A stretch of DNA of 64,000 nucleotides. It comes from Vicugna vicugna (Eukaryota). Positions 63,641 through 64,000 of the stretch are shown here, one piece after another. The notes under the pieces are model-generated. The model was not told the origin of the DNA. It did no database searches and was given only the letters and a program-made list of their open reading frames with translations. The position numbers were made by a program, and so were the translations under genes. The DNA is taken from positions 665,023-729,022 of the forward strand of contig MU058451.1 in the NCBI GenBank assembly GCA_013265495.1, given 5' to 3'. Within the stretch, counting starts at the first letter, position 1. Each line of letters begins with the position of its first letter.

Positions 63641-64000
63641 ACACACAGTAACCCACCCCGCACTCCGTGGCTGTCTACAAGGCATCTCTCCTGCTTCAGC
63701 TCTAATTTACTCTCCTATGTTCAAACATTTTTGAATTTTTTTATTGGTATGATCAGAAAAAGACCAAAAAAAAAATTGAAAGTGCTGGGAAGAAACTCTA
63801 TTATTTCATTCTATTCATACAATCAGATTATGTTTTGGGGACTTTAGAGAAAACTGAAAGTGAATTTCTCACAAGATGGTGTGTTGAGTGTGAATTCTAA
63901 TGACTTGGTTGAGGATAAAGATGGAATTTCACTAGGTAACTTGTGGAAGCACTGTCAGCTAAAATTGCTGTTGTGTCTGCTGTGAAAAAGAATTTATATT

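Overview
This is mammalian genomic DNA, most likely from a camelid (camel/alpaca/llama). The assignment rests on two copies of a tRNA-Ala-derived Vic-1-type SINE plus cetartiodactyl-type L1 3' ends. I recognise no protein-coding gene, RNA gene or prokaryote-type system. The ORF track consists of decayed L1/LTR translations and chance ORFs. The window is intronic or intergenic and rich in repeats: L1, L2, L3/CR1, MIR, MLT1 and MER21 LTRs, and hAT and Tigger DNA-transposon relics. L1s are mostly on the minus strand and there are a few good + strand splice-site pairs, which hints at an intron of a + strand transcript. The most distinctive signals are DNA-repair and retrotransposition scars. (1) A SINE is interrupted by a two-part insertion copied from sites about 1.1 kb and 2.3 kb downstream, with microhomology at the outer junctions. 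(2) An L1 has an ~80-bp target-site duplication (TSD). (3) A tail-less internal L1 ORF2 fragment is flanked by 18-bp TSDs. (4) An L1 has an endonuclease-to-RT internal deletion. (5) There are several local tandem and dispersed duplications. I found no convincing new biological system. Repeat family names come from remembered consensus sequences, and boundaries are approximate (tens of bp) unless TSDs or junctions are quoted.
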